DNA of 64,000 bases from Candidatus Freyarchaeum deiterrae (GTDB lineage Archaea > Asgardarchaeota > Jordiarchaeia > Jordiarchaeales > Jordiarchaeaceae). The position numbers were made by a program, and so were the translations under genes. Shown here piece by piece: positions 1 to 10,296 of the stretch; the stretch's first letter is position 1; each line of letters opens with the position of its first letter. Under the pieces are notes generated by a model. The model did not search any database and had not been told where the DNA came from. It was given only the letters and a program-made list of their open reading frames with translations. The stretch is from NCBI GenBank assembly GCA_037305845.1, contig CP147778.1, forward strand, positions 1,184,001 to 1,248,000. The letters are read 5' to 3'.

Positions 1-105
1 ACTGGAAAAGGCAGTGATACCGCGGTGCTGCTTAAGCCGTCTGCTTCCTCAAATCTCTTGGATACCAAGGTTAGAGCAATACTTTGTAAGCCTAGAGAAT
101 TTTGA
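1..105 (+). CDS. 3' end of pyruvate-kinase C-terminal-like domain protein (COG1751-like), partial
   Basis: Frame 1 reads TGKGSDTAVLLKPSASSNLLDTKVRAILCKPREF*, resembling the GxDTA...xxCKPR C-terminus of this archaeal family. Confidence 0.65.
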   Translation, partial: TGKGSDTAVLLKPSASSNLLDTKVRAILCKPREF

Positions 106-151
106 AAAAGATTAAGCCGAGCCATTAATTACAATCTAAATATTCGTTTTT

Positions 152-991
152 CTATTCTTTGAAGAACTCTTTAATGGGTCGCTTACAATTTGGGCATCTG
201 TCGTCTTTCTTCAGATACTCCATTAGGTGCTCTCTATGAGCACTTTCGAAACAATAGGGGCACATAACCTGATCTTCATTTTCCGTTAACACTTCTCCGC
301 ATATCATGCACTTGGGGATTTCCTCTGCAAGATCTTCGAAACGTAAATCTGACTTCTGTGATTGAGGAAGTGAAGGTGCTCCCATCTCGTAAATGCCCTG
401 CTCTATTATCATATTTCTTACTTGAATTTGAACTTCTTTGGGAGCTTGGGTTGAAATGTCCAGCAATTTCTCAGCTTCTTCCTTTAACATTTTCCCTTTA
501 GCCCTAGATGCTACTTGTCTCCAGACCTCTCGCAGGAAAGGTAGATTCGCTAGCAAAGGACTGTAAAGAATGTTGGCAGACTCATACGAACACCCATCCT
601 CAAAATACTTGTTCACAGCTTCTTTAAACATACCAATTCTCAGAAACTGAATTATGGGGCTACTATTAGGTCCTCCTTCCTTTTCAGCTTGGTCAATTAA
701 TTTAAACGCTGCACGTGTCCTAAAAATACTAAATATTAGGAATGCCCAAATACAAAATAAAAACACAACATTAAAGATAACATAGGAGGAGCCCGAAGAA
801 ACTGGCATAAAGTATCCGAAATTAGCTAATAACCAATACGAAGTGATGTTAGTCAAGACATCTTGTCCTTGCCCTGATGTAAAGTATGTAACTATTTCAA
901 AGAGCAAGAACGCTGACAATGCAATAAAGGGGAGACAGTATAGGAATAATCTCCTTTTTAGTTTAGATTTGATTTCTGCCACTAGGGTCAC
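152..991 (-). CDS. Membrane protein with C-terminal RING-like zinc finger
   Basis: 2-3 N-terminal hydrophobic segments; C-terminal CMIC...CPYC...HREH...CPNC. Confidence 0.75.
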   Translation of the reverse strand: MTLVAEIKSKLKRRLFLYCLPFIALSAFLLFEIVTYFTSGQGQDVLTNITSYWLLANFGYFMPVSSGSSYVIFNVVFLFCIWAFLIFSIFRTRAAFKLIDQAEKEGGPNSSPIIQFLRIGMFKEAVNKYFEDGCSYESANILYSPLLANLPFLREVWRQVASRAKGKMLKEEAEKLLDISTQAPKEVQIQVRNMIIEQGIYEMGAPSLPQSQKSDLRFEDLAEEIPKCMICGEVLTENEDQVMCPYCFESAHREHLMEYLKKDDRCPNCKRPIKEFFKE

Positions 992-1239
992 CTACTATTT
1001 TAGTGTTTATGTCATTTAGGTAAAGGTTAGTTCAATAAGATTGTGCGACTGTCATTTAAATTTCCTTTCTTAATTCAAATATTCCAAAACTTAAAAACCT
1101 TAGCATACCGGTATGAGCTTTAAGTAATTCTAGGTGAATACTACGCCGATTTATGTTTTAACACTTTTTACTGAAGCTTATTTTTTAAATTTTTGACGCT
1201 TTATCAGATTTTGTCTACCTAAGTTACTAGTTTTTGAAG

Positions 1240-1352
1240 TTAATACGCGTTGAATCGACCGAAAATTACTCATAATCATAAAAAAATTAGAAAAATATAT
1301 ATATGAGTAATTATACATTTTCGCATTGTTTCTAACTATTAACACGCGTTAA
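1240..1352. promoter_or_regulatory. Two copies of the semi-palindromic motif TTAAYACGCGTTRA flanking a TATA-like element
   Basis: ttaatacgcgttga (1240-1253) and ttaacacgcgttaa (1339-1352) are 12/14 identical and flank an AT run at about 1291-1304. Confidence 0.35.
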
Positions 1353-1384
1353 CATAAAACGAAGGATCGGTTTCAGTTCAAGAG

Positions 1385-2890
1385 GTGATCTCCATAACAG
1401 AAAATAACCTAAAAACATACGAAGAGATAAATGAAAAAATCAAGAAAGGAGATGCGGTAGTAGTAACAGCCGAGGAAATGGTGAGAATCGTAGAAGAACA
1501 AGGCGAAAAAAAAGCTGCAAACGAAATTGATGTAGTAACAACAGGAACATTCGGAGCAATGTGCTCCAGCGGAGCTTTTCTAAACTTCGGACACTCCGAT
1601 CCCCCTATAAAAATGGAACAATTATGGTTAAACGATGTTGAAGCCTACCATGGAAATGCAGCAGTTGACTGCTATATAGGTGCCACAAAAATGAGCGCCT
1701 CAAAACCTTTCATATACGGAGGGGGGCATGTTATAGAGGATTTAGCAGGCGGCAAAGAAATTACGCTAAGAGCCAGAGCATACGGAACCGATTGTTACCC
1801 TAGGACCAGCCTTGAAACCACCTTCAACATAGATGACCTTAACCAAGCTATTCTATGCAATCCTAGAAACGCATACCAAGGATACAACGCGGCCACCAAC
1901 GGACGCAATGAAACAATTTACACCTACATGGGAAAGCTTCTAGCCAATTATGGAAATGTCACTTATTCCGGTTCCGGTTGTTTAAGTCCCTTATATAACG
2001 ACCCTGATTACGAAACAATAGGTATTGGAACCAGAATATTTCTTGGCGGCGGAGTTGGATACATAATCGGGGAGGGAACGCAACATAACCCAAAAAACTA
2101 TCGCGGAACCATCATGGCCAAAGGAGATTTAAAACAGATGAACTCCGAGTATCTAAAGGGAGCTTCCTTCACAAAATATGGTACAACCTTGTATGTGGGA
2201 TTAGGCATACCCATACCTATTCTAAATGAGGGATTAGCTAGAAAAACCGCTATAAGTGACGCCGACATTTCGACAGAGGTTATAGATTACGGAGTTCCCA
2301 GATTGAATAGACCATCGCTAAGAAAAGTCACATATCAGGAACTCAAATCCGAAAGAATTCAATTGAACGGAAAAACGGTTAAGGTTTCCTCCCTCTCCAG
2401 TCTCAAAACGGCAAGAAAAGTAGCTCAAGCGCTGAAAAAATGGATAGAGGAAGGAAGATTCTTTTTGAGCAAACCAGCTGAAACATTGCCAACCACGACA
2501 GGATTTAAACCCATGAAAATCACAAAAGAGATTCAGTATGTTCGTAGTATAATGATACCCGCAATAACGACCACAACAGAGACCAGCATTCACGATGTAG
2601 CAAAATTGATCGTGGAAAAAAACGTTAACCACATAGTTATAGTAAATAACGACAACACCTTAAAGGGAATAGTTACCTCATTCGACGTCACACGTGCGGT
2701 GGCTAATAACAAAAACAAATTAGAGGAGATAGCAGTCAAAAGGGTTTACACAGCAAAACCAGATGACCCCGTAGACGCGGCGGTGAAAGAACTGGAAACT
2801 CATAAGATATCCGCACTACCGGTGATAGACGAAAAAAAGAAAGTTCTGGGAATTATCACCAGTGAGGAGATATCACGACTATTAGCCTAA
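1385..2890 (+). CDS. Homocysteine biosynthesis protein / L-aspartate semialdehyde sulfurtransferase (DUF39 + CBS pair; MA1821/MJ0100 type)
   Basis: DVVTTGTFGAMCSSGA, YGGGHVIEDL and YGTDCYPR motifs; C-terminal CBS domains. Confidence 0.92.
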   Translation: MISITENNLKTYEEINEKIKKGDAVVVTAEEMVRIVEEQGEKKAANEIDVVTTGTFGAMCSSGAFLNFGHSDPPIKMEQLWLNDVEAYHGNAAVDCYIGATKMSASKPFIYGGGHVIEDLAGGKEITLRARAYGTDCYPRTSLETTFNIDDLNQAILCNPRNAYQGYNAATNGRNETIYTYMGKLLANYGNVTYSGSGCLSPLYNDPDYETIGIGTRIFLGGGVGYIIGEGTQHNPKNYRGTIMAKGDLKQMNSEYLKGASFTKYGTTLYVGLGIPIPILNEGLARKTAISDADISTEVIDYGVPRLNRPSLRKVTYQELKSERIQLNGKTVKVSSLSSLKTARKVAQALKKWIEEGRFFLSKPAETLPTTTGFKPMKITKEIQYVRSIMIPAITTTTETSIHDVAKLIVEKNVNHIVIVNNDNTLKGIVTSFDVTRAVANNKNKLEEIAVKRVYTAKPDDPVDAAVKELETHKISALPVIDEKKKVLGIITSEEISRLLA

Positions 2891-2894
2891 TGAG

Positions 2895-3287
2895 GTGGAA
2901 AAATTGAAAATAATGATAATGTTTGATCCGGCAAAAGTGGGAGACGCAATCACATCAAATGTAATACTAGAAAAGAAAGTGCCCTTCAACATACTAACCG
3001 CAAAAATTGACAAAAAAGGCGGCGAAATGCTCATAGAAGCCCCAGACGATAAAGCACAAGAGTTAATTGAGGCATTCAAAGAAAAAGGAGTCAGAGTTGA
3101 AACACGAAAATTCGTGGAAATACTCCCACACAAGTGCATAAGCTGCGGGCAATGCTTTTCCATTTGCCCAGTTGACGCAATCACATACGATGAAGACTGC
3201 TCCATAAATCTGGAACAGGAAGACTGTATAGGCTGCCTTCAATGCGTTGACAGCTGCCCTCTCGAAGCCATTGTTAAAGCGAGTTAA
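2895..3287 (+). CDS. NIL-domain ferredoxin, partner of the sulfurtransferase (MA1822 type)
   Basis: N-terminal NIL motif (FNILTA); two CxxCxxCxxxCP motifs; adjacent to the DUF39 gene. Confidence 0.88.
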   Translation: MEKLKIMIMFDPAKVGDAITSNVILEKKVPFNILTAKIDKKGGEMLIEAPDDKAQELIEAFKEKGVRVETRKFVEILPHKCISCGQCFSICPVDAITYDEDCSINLEQEDCIGCLQCVDSCPLEAIVKAS

Positions 3288-3406
3288 CTTGATTTATCTA
3301 TCACAGCTTCCACCCAATTTTTTTCACAATCTTTTTTAACGAAGAGAAGTTAATATATATTTATACTACCATAAAAACTAACAGCGTAAAATATGGGGAA
3401 ACTAAT

Positions 3407-3931
3407 ATGGTAATTGAAGGGGAACCAAGTATAAACTCGGCAATTGATGCTACCAAACTAATAGATAAGACACTAAACCAGATAAAGACTAAATTAGGAG
3501 AAAAAGACGCGGAGCTAGTAAGACTCAGAATCGAGATAGAAAACATAAAAAAAATGGAAAAAGCAAACATCGAAATGAAAAAAGAAAACATCGAAATGAA
3601 AGAGGAGTTACAAGGAATCAAAAATCAACTATCAAAAATAAGCACTATGTACAGTGATCTTTCAAAAAAGAAAGATGAAGCCATAGATGTCAGAGAACTT
3701 CTAACAATATATGTTACCCTGCTAGAACAGGTATTCGCGGGGATGCCCCATGCAAGAGTTTTATGGCTTCTTCACGGTGCCAAAACCACTCTGACCCGCG
3801 AAGAAATAACGAAAACATCAGGATTCCAACCCGCAGTGATTCTCAAAAGCATATTCGACCTACAAAACTCAAAACTAGTTCAATACGACACGAACTCACA
3901 AAACGTAAAACTATCACGAAAACTCTACTAA
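3407..3931 (+). CDS. Coiled-coil protein with C-terminal winged helix
   Basis: Heptad K/E-rich N-terminal half including a duplicated NIEMK heptad; wHTH-like C-terminus (RVLWLLHG...LTREEI...LVQYD). Confidence 0.65.
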   Translation: MVIEGEPSINSAIDATKLIDKTLNQIKTKLGEKDAELVRLRIEIENIKKMEKANIEMKKENIEMKEELQGIKNQLSKISTMYSDLSKKKDEAIDVRELLTIYVTLLEQVFAGMPHARVLWLLHGAKTTLTREEITKTSGFQPAVILKSIFDLQNSKLVQYDTNSQNVKLSRKLY

Positions 3932-4154
3932 TTAAAAACCATTCTTACAATAGCTCCAGAAGCGAACGCTGGAAATTTTAATTCATTAAACCTTCAACAC
4001 CCAACTAAAACGCCACAGTTTTAACTATTTTTTAAAATTATCGAAAGGCACCAAAAATAACAAAGTAGAGGGCTAAATGTTCGAATTATTCCGTTCAATT
4101 TAAATCTCTAGATAAAATACCGTACCGAGAAAAATTGGCGAATTTATTTTCGAG

Positions 4155-5687
4155 GTGTGGAAAATGGAACCTTTCCCGTGGTGGACAGACGAACAAAAAA
4201 GTTTTGCAGAAGAATTACAAAAATTTGTAATCGAAAACATCCCCAAAGCCGAGAAAGCATTCTGGGCTAGAAAGTTCCCAATGGACATAGTGAGAGAAGT
4301 ACAGAACAAAGGATACTTCGGAGCAGCCGTACCAAAAAGGTATGGTGGATTGGAACTCGGAGCCACAGGGGCTTGTATAGCGGCTGAACAATTGGGACGA
4401 CTGTATGCAGTAGGGCATGTATTCGTGGTCTCCCAACTTGGGGGTATTCATCAGTTATTACACTTTGGCACTGAAGAACAAAAAGTGGAATGGTTGCCCA
4501 AAATTGCTAAGGGTCAGCTGGGAGCCGTTTGCATCACTGAGCCCTTCGCTGGCAGCGATGCGGCGTCGGTTTGGACTACCGCAAGTAAAGAAGGCGATGA
4601 ATGGGTAATTATGGGTAGAAAAAGGTATATAACAGGCGCGGGTCCAGCGGACAGATACTTCGTATACACCAAAACAAGCAATGATCCCGAAGTCATAAAA
4701 AAATATGGGCACCTAACAGCTTTCATAGTAGAAAAAGGAACGCCTGGATTCTCCTTAGAAAAAATCAACGAACTCATCGGATTTGATAACGTTCCAAATG
4801 GATATTTGAGCTTTGATGATGTAAGGGTTCCAGACGTTAATAGGATTGGCGATGTGGGTGCCGGCTGGGCGATAATGACCTCGGGCCTCAACTTTGAGAG
4901 GCTTGTGACTTCTGCTGTGTATGCTGGAGGATTAGAGGATATTATTAGAATGGTGATTTATTACACTAATAGGCGTGTTCAGTTCAGTCAGCAAACAAAT
5001 AAGTTCGTTAACAATCAGTTCAAGATTGCGGACATGATAACTATGAACAAGCTTTCGCGGATTGTGACTTATTATACCGCGATGCTACTTGATAGTGGAC
5101 AAAATCCAGCCGTAGAAGCTTCCATAGCAAAGCTGCTGAATACAGACTATGCCGTTCAAACTGGATTGGATGCGGTTCAAATAGTCGCTGGAGATGGACT
5201 CACGAAATTTTACCCTTTGGAGCGTTTGGTCAGAGAGGGAAAGATTGGTCAGATTGTAGCGGGTACTAATGAAATTCAGAAGTTGATTATTTACAGGATA
5301 GGTACACTTAGCTATCTGGATATGCCTTACCGTCTGCGTATAGACCCCGAATTGGGGGTTCCTATTCCAAGTTTAGATGATGGTCCTTGGAAGGGTAAAA
5401 AAATCACTGAGGACGTGATGCTTAAAGTACTTGCGGAAGATTACAGAACTAACCCTGGACTATACATGACTATAGAGGATCTGGAAAAGGAGACTGGTTT
5501 GGAGAGTAGCAAAGTCCTTGAATTCGTAGCTTCCCTGGAGAAAAAGAATCTAATAGCCACCTTCAAAGACCGCCGTGGGAATGTAATAATGGTGAAGGCA
5601 AACTATGAGGGTCTTAGACAGGCTTATCCAGCAGAACACTACCGCTGGTTCCCTGACTGGTTTGACCCTGAGGAACTAGGCTTTTAG
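4155..5687 (+). CDS. Acyl-CoA dehydrogenase with C-terminal wHTH-like extension
   Basis: ITEPFAGSD, GRKRYIT, RVQF and GTNEIQK motifs; about 120 aa extra at the C-terminus. Confidence 0.9.
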   Translation: MWKMEPFPWWTDEQKSFAEELQKFVIENIPKAEKAFWARKFPMDIVREVQNKGYFGAAVPKRYGGLELGATGACIAAEQLGRLYAVGHVFVVSQLGGIHQLLHFGTEEQKVEWLPKIAKGQLGAVCITEPFAGSDAASVWTTASKEGDEWVIMGRKRYITGAGPADRYFVYTKTSNDPEVIKKYGHLTAFIVEKGTPGFSLEKINELIGFDNVPNGYLSFDDVRVPDVNRIGDVGAGWAIMTSGLNFERLVTSAVYAGGLEDIIRMVIYYTNRRVQFSQQTNKFVNNQFKIADMITMNKLSRIVTYYTAMLLDSGQNPAVEASIAKLLNTDYAVQTGLDAVQIVAGDGLTKFYPLERLVREGKIGQIVAGTNEIQKLIIYRIGTLSYLDMPYRLRIDPELGVPIPSLDDGPWKGKKITEDVMLKVLAEDYRTNPGLYMTIEDLEKETGLESSKVLEFVASLEKKNLIATFKDRRGNVIMVKANYEGLRQAYPAEHYRWFPDWFDPEELGF

Positions 5688-5880
5688 TTAACGCAGAGAG
5701 ATTTTTAAAATTCAATTTTTTTTCGATTTTTGATTTTAATTCGAGACAGACATAACAAGTATCAATTTCTTCTTTTTCCAAAATTTGGCTAATCATAGTC
5801 GTGTATTTATTTATAGTTCAGAACTCTTTGTTACTTGAGTATTCTTGCGAGTAGGGGTTTGTATAAAAAAGAAGAGGGGC

Positions 5881-6267
5881 TTAGAGCACGGCACCAAGTT
5901 GTGCTGCTGCACGAGACACATCCACATAAGAACCCTGCGTGTCTCCTTGTGGTGTTACATATGCCATTAAGAGAGCGCGATATCTGGCTGTGGCCATGAT
6001 GATGTGTCCCATTCCTGAGATGTTTGTGGCAACGAGGCGTTCGTCTGTTGCGGATAGAGTGGAGTATTTTATACCTTGCACAAGGATTGATGGTGCCTTA
6101 TCTCTCCACGCGGCTATTAAATTGGGAGCGTCGTCGACAACATTCCAATTACTGGTTTGCCACATTACTTGCCCTTCTAGGCTTATTATGGCTACTGCGG
6201 TTACGTTGGGGTTTTTACCTTGAAGCTGAATTATTATGGAGTCAACGTTTGACAAGGCTTTCAACAC
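5881..6267 (-). CDS. Asgard-type profilin
   Basis: AVAIISLEGQVMWQTSNW, ILVQGIKYS and ERLVATNISGMGHII resemble Asgard profilin signatures; size about 125 aa. Confidence 0.85.
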   Translation of the reverse strand: MLKALSNVDSIIIQLQGKNPNVTAVAIISLEGQVMWQTSNWNVVDDAPNLIAAWRDKAPSILVQGIKYSTLSATDERLVATNISGMGHIIMATARYRALLMAYVTPQGDTQGSYVDVSRAAAQLGAVL

Positions 6268-6333
6268 CTGTAATACTTTATATTTGTAAAATTCGTATCT
6301 AATTTAAATTAGTGTTAAAATTTAATAAAAACT

Positions 6334-6672
6334 TTGCGTGTTTATTATTGCTTCTTACTGGTGGTGTACAATTTGGCAGATACCAGTGTAGTTGAAGAAT
6401 GTTCTGAAGGTGTTTTGATTCATGTTTTTGTGAAGCTTAGTTCGCCCCAGCTTAAATGTCCTGCGGGGATAGAGGATGGCTTAGTTATTGTTAAGGTTCG
6501 CTCCCCTCCTGTGGGAGGCAAAGCGAATAGGGAATTATTAAAGGCTCTTGCAAAGTTTTTTGATATTCCTTCTAGTAGTGTTAGCATTGTTAAGGGACTT
6601 AAGGATAGAAGTAAGGTTGTTAAGATTTTGGGAGTTTCTATCTCTACGATTAAAGAGAAGTTGAGAGTTTAA
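6334..6672 (+). CDS. DUF167/UPF0235 (YggU-like) protein
   Basis: PPVGGKANRELL and VSIVKGLKDRSK motifs; true start probably near 6373. Confidence 0.85.
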   Translation: MRVYYCFLLVVYNLADTSVVEECSEGVLIHVFVKLSSPQLKCPAGIEDGLVIVKVRSPPVGGKANRELLKALAKFFDIPSSSVSIVKGLKDRSKVVKILGVSISTIKEKLRV

Positions 6673-6715
6673 GCCCGTTTAATTTATGATTTTTGCGGCT
6701 TTGTGATTATGGCAG

Positions 6716-8497
6716 TTATTTTCTTTTACCTTTTTGTTGTTTTGGTTGGGTTTTTATTTGTTTTTGATACATTTCTATTATTTCTTCTACTGTTGTCGCC
6801 TCTTCAGGGCTTTTGTCGTCTCTCCACTTCCCGGTGAATCTTGGGAATCTTACTGCGATACCGCTGTCCTTATTTATGGCTCCCATTGCAGCGGTATGTA
6901 CTTGACTTAAAGTGTATTCTGCTCCTATAATTTCTATAACTTTTCCTGGTGTGAACCATACGTCTGCTTTGAGTTTGGAGTCTACTCGAGGGTGCTTGTG
7001 ATCTATTTTGTATTCTTTGAGTTTTTCCGGCAAAGCCTCAAGGTCAGCGTCACTAAAACCAGTTCCGACTTTGGATATTGTTCTGAACATGTCTTGTTCC
7101 GGGTCATAGACTGCTACTAGCAGTGCCCCGTATGTTCCCGCTCTTCTTCCTCTCCCCATCAAGGCTCCCACTATTACTGTGTCTATTGTGTCTATCATTT
7201 CGGTTTTGTATTCTCGTTTGTATTTTATCCATTTGAATCCTCTGCTTCCCGCCTCGTAAATGGAGTCTGGTTGTGTTGATTTCGCCATCAGGCCTTCGCA
7301 TCCGGATTCTATGGCTTTCTCAAAGAAGGTTTCGAAATCTTTGGGATTGTTTACTATTTCCGCTTCGACAGGTTTTATCCTATCATTTTTCTCGGTGATT
7401 TCTTCGAGTTTTTTCCTTCTTTCAGTGTAAATTTTTGTTGTGTAATCAATTTTACCGACCAGTAGTATATCGAAGAGGTTGAGACTTGCGGGAAATTCCT
7501 CTATAGCCTCTTTTATTCCGTATTTTCGCCTACGCCGCATTAGTGTTTGAAATGGCAGTAATTCCCCGGTCTGCAGATCAATAGCCACTATTTCCCCCTC
7601 TACAATCGCCGTTTCTGATATAATGTTCTCTTTTACCAACTTTGCTATGTCGGGGTATTGTTCGGTGATGTTGTCTAATCGACGTGAGAATAAGTTAACT
7701 TCCCCATTGTTTTTGTGCGCCTGTACTCTTTCTCCATCAAGTTTGTATTCTATAGCGCATTCACCCTGCATCTTTTCCAAAATTTCTTCAGGAGTAGAGA
7801 GTCTTTGTGCGAGCATCATTCTGACCGGGCTACCGAGTTTAACCTCAAAGTTTTTTACGGTTTCCAATCCTTGGGTGGCAATTGTTTTCGCCACATATCC
7901 GATGTCGGAACTAATATTGAAGGCTCTCTCAATTATAGGCCGATTCCCCTTTTCTCCTGTGTAAGTGATTGCCAAGGCGTCTAGTACAGTATACTCCGCA
8001 ATACCTAAACGTAAGGTTCCTAAAGCCATGCGTACTATGTACTTCGCTTCTTTAGGCGTTCCATCAAGCAGAAGTCTTGATAGCAGTTTGAGTTTAGTAT
8101 CAACAGACCCCGACCCTGTAGACTTTGCTATCTTATCTAGGGTTTCATAAACATCCAAGACCTCCAAAGGCTTTTGTTGAAGGGACTTTTGCTTTTTACT
8201 TTTCAAAATCTGCTCTGTAACTTCACCCAAATCCCCAGTTTTCTTTAGCATCTCCTCGACTTCATCAACCTTGTCACCAGAAGTCATCGCCACACTGCGG
8301 ATTGCTAATTTTTCCGCTAACCCTAATACAATAGGAACAAACAAAGGATACAATCTACCAGTGGTGAGATAGACTACTTTATCTATAAGCTCATTGGGAG
8401 TCTGCTTAAAAAGCTGAACCAGAAAATCCGTCATTTCCAAACGTTTGGATGTTTCTTCGATTTTCTCGTAAAAATCGGCTATTATTGAGAATTTCAT
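6716..8497 (-). CDS. lig: ATP-dependent DNA ligase
   Basis: EYKLDGER, EGLMAK, WIKYK and RFPRF motifs. Confidence 0.97.
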   Translation of the reverse strand: MKFSIIADFYEKIEETSKRLEMTDFLVQLFKQTPNELIDKVVYLTTGRLYPLFVPIVLGLAEKLAIRSVAMTSGDKVDEVEEMLKKTGDLGEVTEQILKSKKQKSLQQKPLEVLDVYETLDKIAKSTGSGSVDTKLKLLSRLLLDGTPKEAKYIVRMALGTLRLGIAEYTVLDALAITYTGEKGNRPIIERAFNISSDIGYVAKTIATQGLETVKNFEVKLGSPVRMMLAQRLSTPEEILEKMQGECAIEYKLDGERVQAHKNNGEVNLFSRRLDNITEQYPDIAKLVKENIISETAIVEGEIVAIDLQTGELLPFQTLMRRRRKYGIKEAIEEFPASLNLFDILLVGKIDYTTKIYTERRKKLEEITEKNDRIKPVEAEIVNNPKDFETFFEKAIESGCEGLMAKSTQPDSIYEAGSRGFKWIKYKREYKTEMIDTIDTVIVGALMGRGRRAGTYGALLVAVYDPEQDMFRTISKVGTGFSDADLEALPEKLKEYKIDHKHPRVDSKLKADVWFTPGKVIEIIGAEYTLSQVHTAAMGAINKDSGIAVRFPRFTGKWRDDKSPEEATTVEEIIEMYQKQIKTQPKQQKGKRK

Positions 8498-8757
8498 TTC
8501 CTCTTCTCTCCGTTACAGAAACGGTGTATGAACTTTATTAATGTCTTGCCTTGGGTTTAAAGTAATTTTCTTTAGTTGCTAATAATAATTTACATTTAAT
8601 AATAAATTTTATCTTTTGAAGAATTATCTCCTCTCATAATGGTAAATAACACTTAAATTTGGGAAAACCTAGTTATAGAGATAATAAATAGTGTAAGTCG
8701 ATTGTTATAATCGAAACACCTGACAAATCAGGAGCATCTTTTCTAATTATAGGCTCA

Positions 8758-10296
8758 GTGAAGGGATTTAGTTTGAATTTGAATGTTAAAATGGTAGATA
8801 TTCTAACAGGTCTGAAGGTTGTTATTCTCAACAACAATGATGCTTCAAATCTGGGAGTTAGACCCCACGACAGAATAAAAGTGAAAACATGCAAAAGAGA
8901 GTTAACCGCTATGGTTAACGTTACAGATTCCTACGTAAACCAAGGAGAAATCGGCATCACCCCGCCTTTAAAGAAATTGTTCGAGTGTGAAGTCGGAGAA
9001 ACAATGGAAATAACCACCACAAGCATGCCATCATCCATGGAGTACATCTACAAAAAAATGAAGGGAGAAAGTCTAAAACACGAAGAGATACACGCCATTA
9101 TCAAGGACATAGTTGAAGGAAACTTGAGTGAACTAGAAACAGCCAGCTTCATTCTCTCTGAACAGTTCGTAGGAATGAGCCTAGACGAAATCGAGTATCT
9201 AACCCGCTCCATGGTCGATACCGGAGAAAAAATCGACTTCGATGTACCCGCCTTCGATAAACACTCAACTGGCGGTGTGCCCGGTAATAAGGTTAGTCTC
9301 CTGATTGTTCCAATAGTTGCGGCGGCGGGATTGCTGATTCCTAAGACTAGTAGTAAAGCAATAACCAGCCCGAGTGGAACAGCGGACACTATGGAGGTTC
9401 TGGCTCCGGTAAGTTTTAATGCGGAGGAGCTTAAGGAGTTGGTTGAAAAGACCAAGGGAGCGATTATTTGGGGAGGCTCGCTAAATATGGCACCTGCAGA
9501 TGATCTAATCATACAGATTGAGCATCCTCTTCGAATAGACCCCACGTCCCAAATGATTGCAAGCATTATCGCAAAAAAGATTTCGGTTGGAATAGACAAC
9601 ATGGTATTAGACATTCCAGTGGGAGCGGGAACAAAGATGGAAACTATGGAGGACGCCGAAAAATTTGCGAATGCGTTTATAGAGATAGCTAAAAGATTAA
9701 AGATAGTGACTTATTGCGCGGTTACGTATGGGGGGCAACCAGTTGGCCACGCAATAGGCCCTGCGCTCGAGGCGAAGGAAGCTTTGGAGGCTTTGATGGG
9801 GGGTGGCCCCACTAGCTTGATTGAGAAATCTACTGGTTTAGCCGGATCTCTCTTGGAGTTGGGTGGTGTTGCACCGGAGAACAAAGGCCAGGAATATGCC
9901 AAGGAGATACTGAGAAGCGGAAAGGCTTTAAAAAAGATGCGGGAAATAATTGAAGCACAGGGCGGCAATCCTAACGTGAAACCTGAGGATATTCCCATCG
10001 GCGAGCATGTAGCTAGCTTGGAAGCAAAAGCCGATGGATATGTGACCTTTGTAGACAACAAGAGCATAACTAAGATTGCTCAAGCTGCGGGTGCGCCGTT
10101 AGACAAAGGAGCGGGAGTGGTTTTAAACTATAAAAGGGGTTACGCGGTGTCTAGGGGAGAAAAATTGTTAAGTATATACGCCGAAAAAGAGAGTAGACTT
10201 CACGAAGCAACGGCGCTGGCAACAAGAACCATGCCTATAATAGTTGAGGGCATGCTTCTCCAAAAGTTTCCGAAGTTTGGTGGTAAGGCAAGTTGA
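8758..10296 (+). CDS. deoA: AMP phosphorylase
   Basis: DKHSTGGVPGNK, KTSSKAITSPSGTAD and GPALEA motifs; archaeal N-terminal double-psi domain. Confidence 0.92.
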   Translation: MKGFSLNLNVKMVDILTGLKVVILNNNDASNLGVRPHDRIKVKTCKRELTAMVNVTDSYVNQGEIGITPPLKKLFECEVGETMEITTTSMPSSMEYIYKKMKGESLKHEEIHAIIKDIVEGNLSELETASFILSEQFVGMSLDEIEYLTRSMVDTGEKIDFDVPAFDKHSTGGVPGNKVSLLIVPIVAAAGLLIPKTSSKAITSPSGTADTMEVLAPVSFNAEELKELVEKTKGAIIWGGSLNMAPADDLIIQIEHPLRIDPTSQMIASIIAKKISVGIDNMVLDIPVGAGTKMETMEDAEKFANAFIEIAKRLKIVTYCAVTYGGQPVGHAIGPALEAKEALEALMGGGPTSLIEKSTGLAGSLLELGGVAPENKGQEYAKEILRSGKALKKMREIIEAQGGNPNVKPEDIPIGEHVASLEAKADGYVTFVDNKSITKIAQAAGAPLDKGAGVVLNYKRGYAVSRGEKLLSIYAEKESRLHEATALATRTMPIIVEGMLLQKFPKFGGKAS

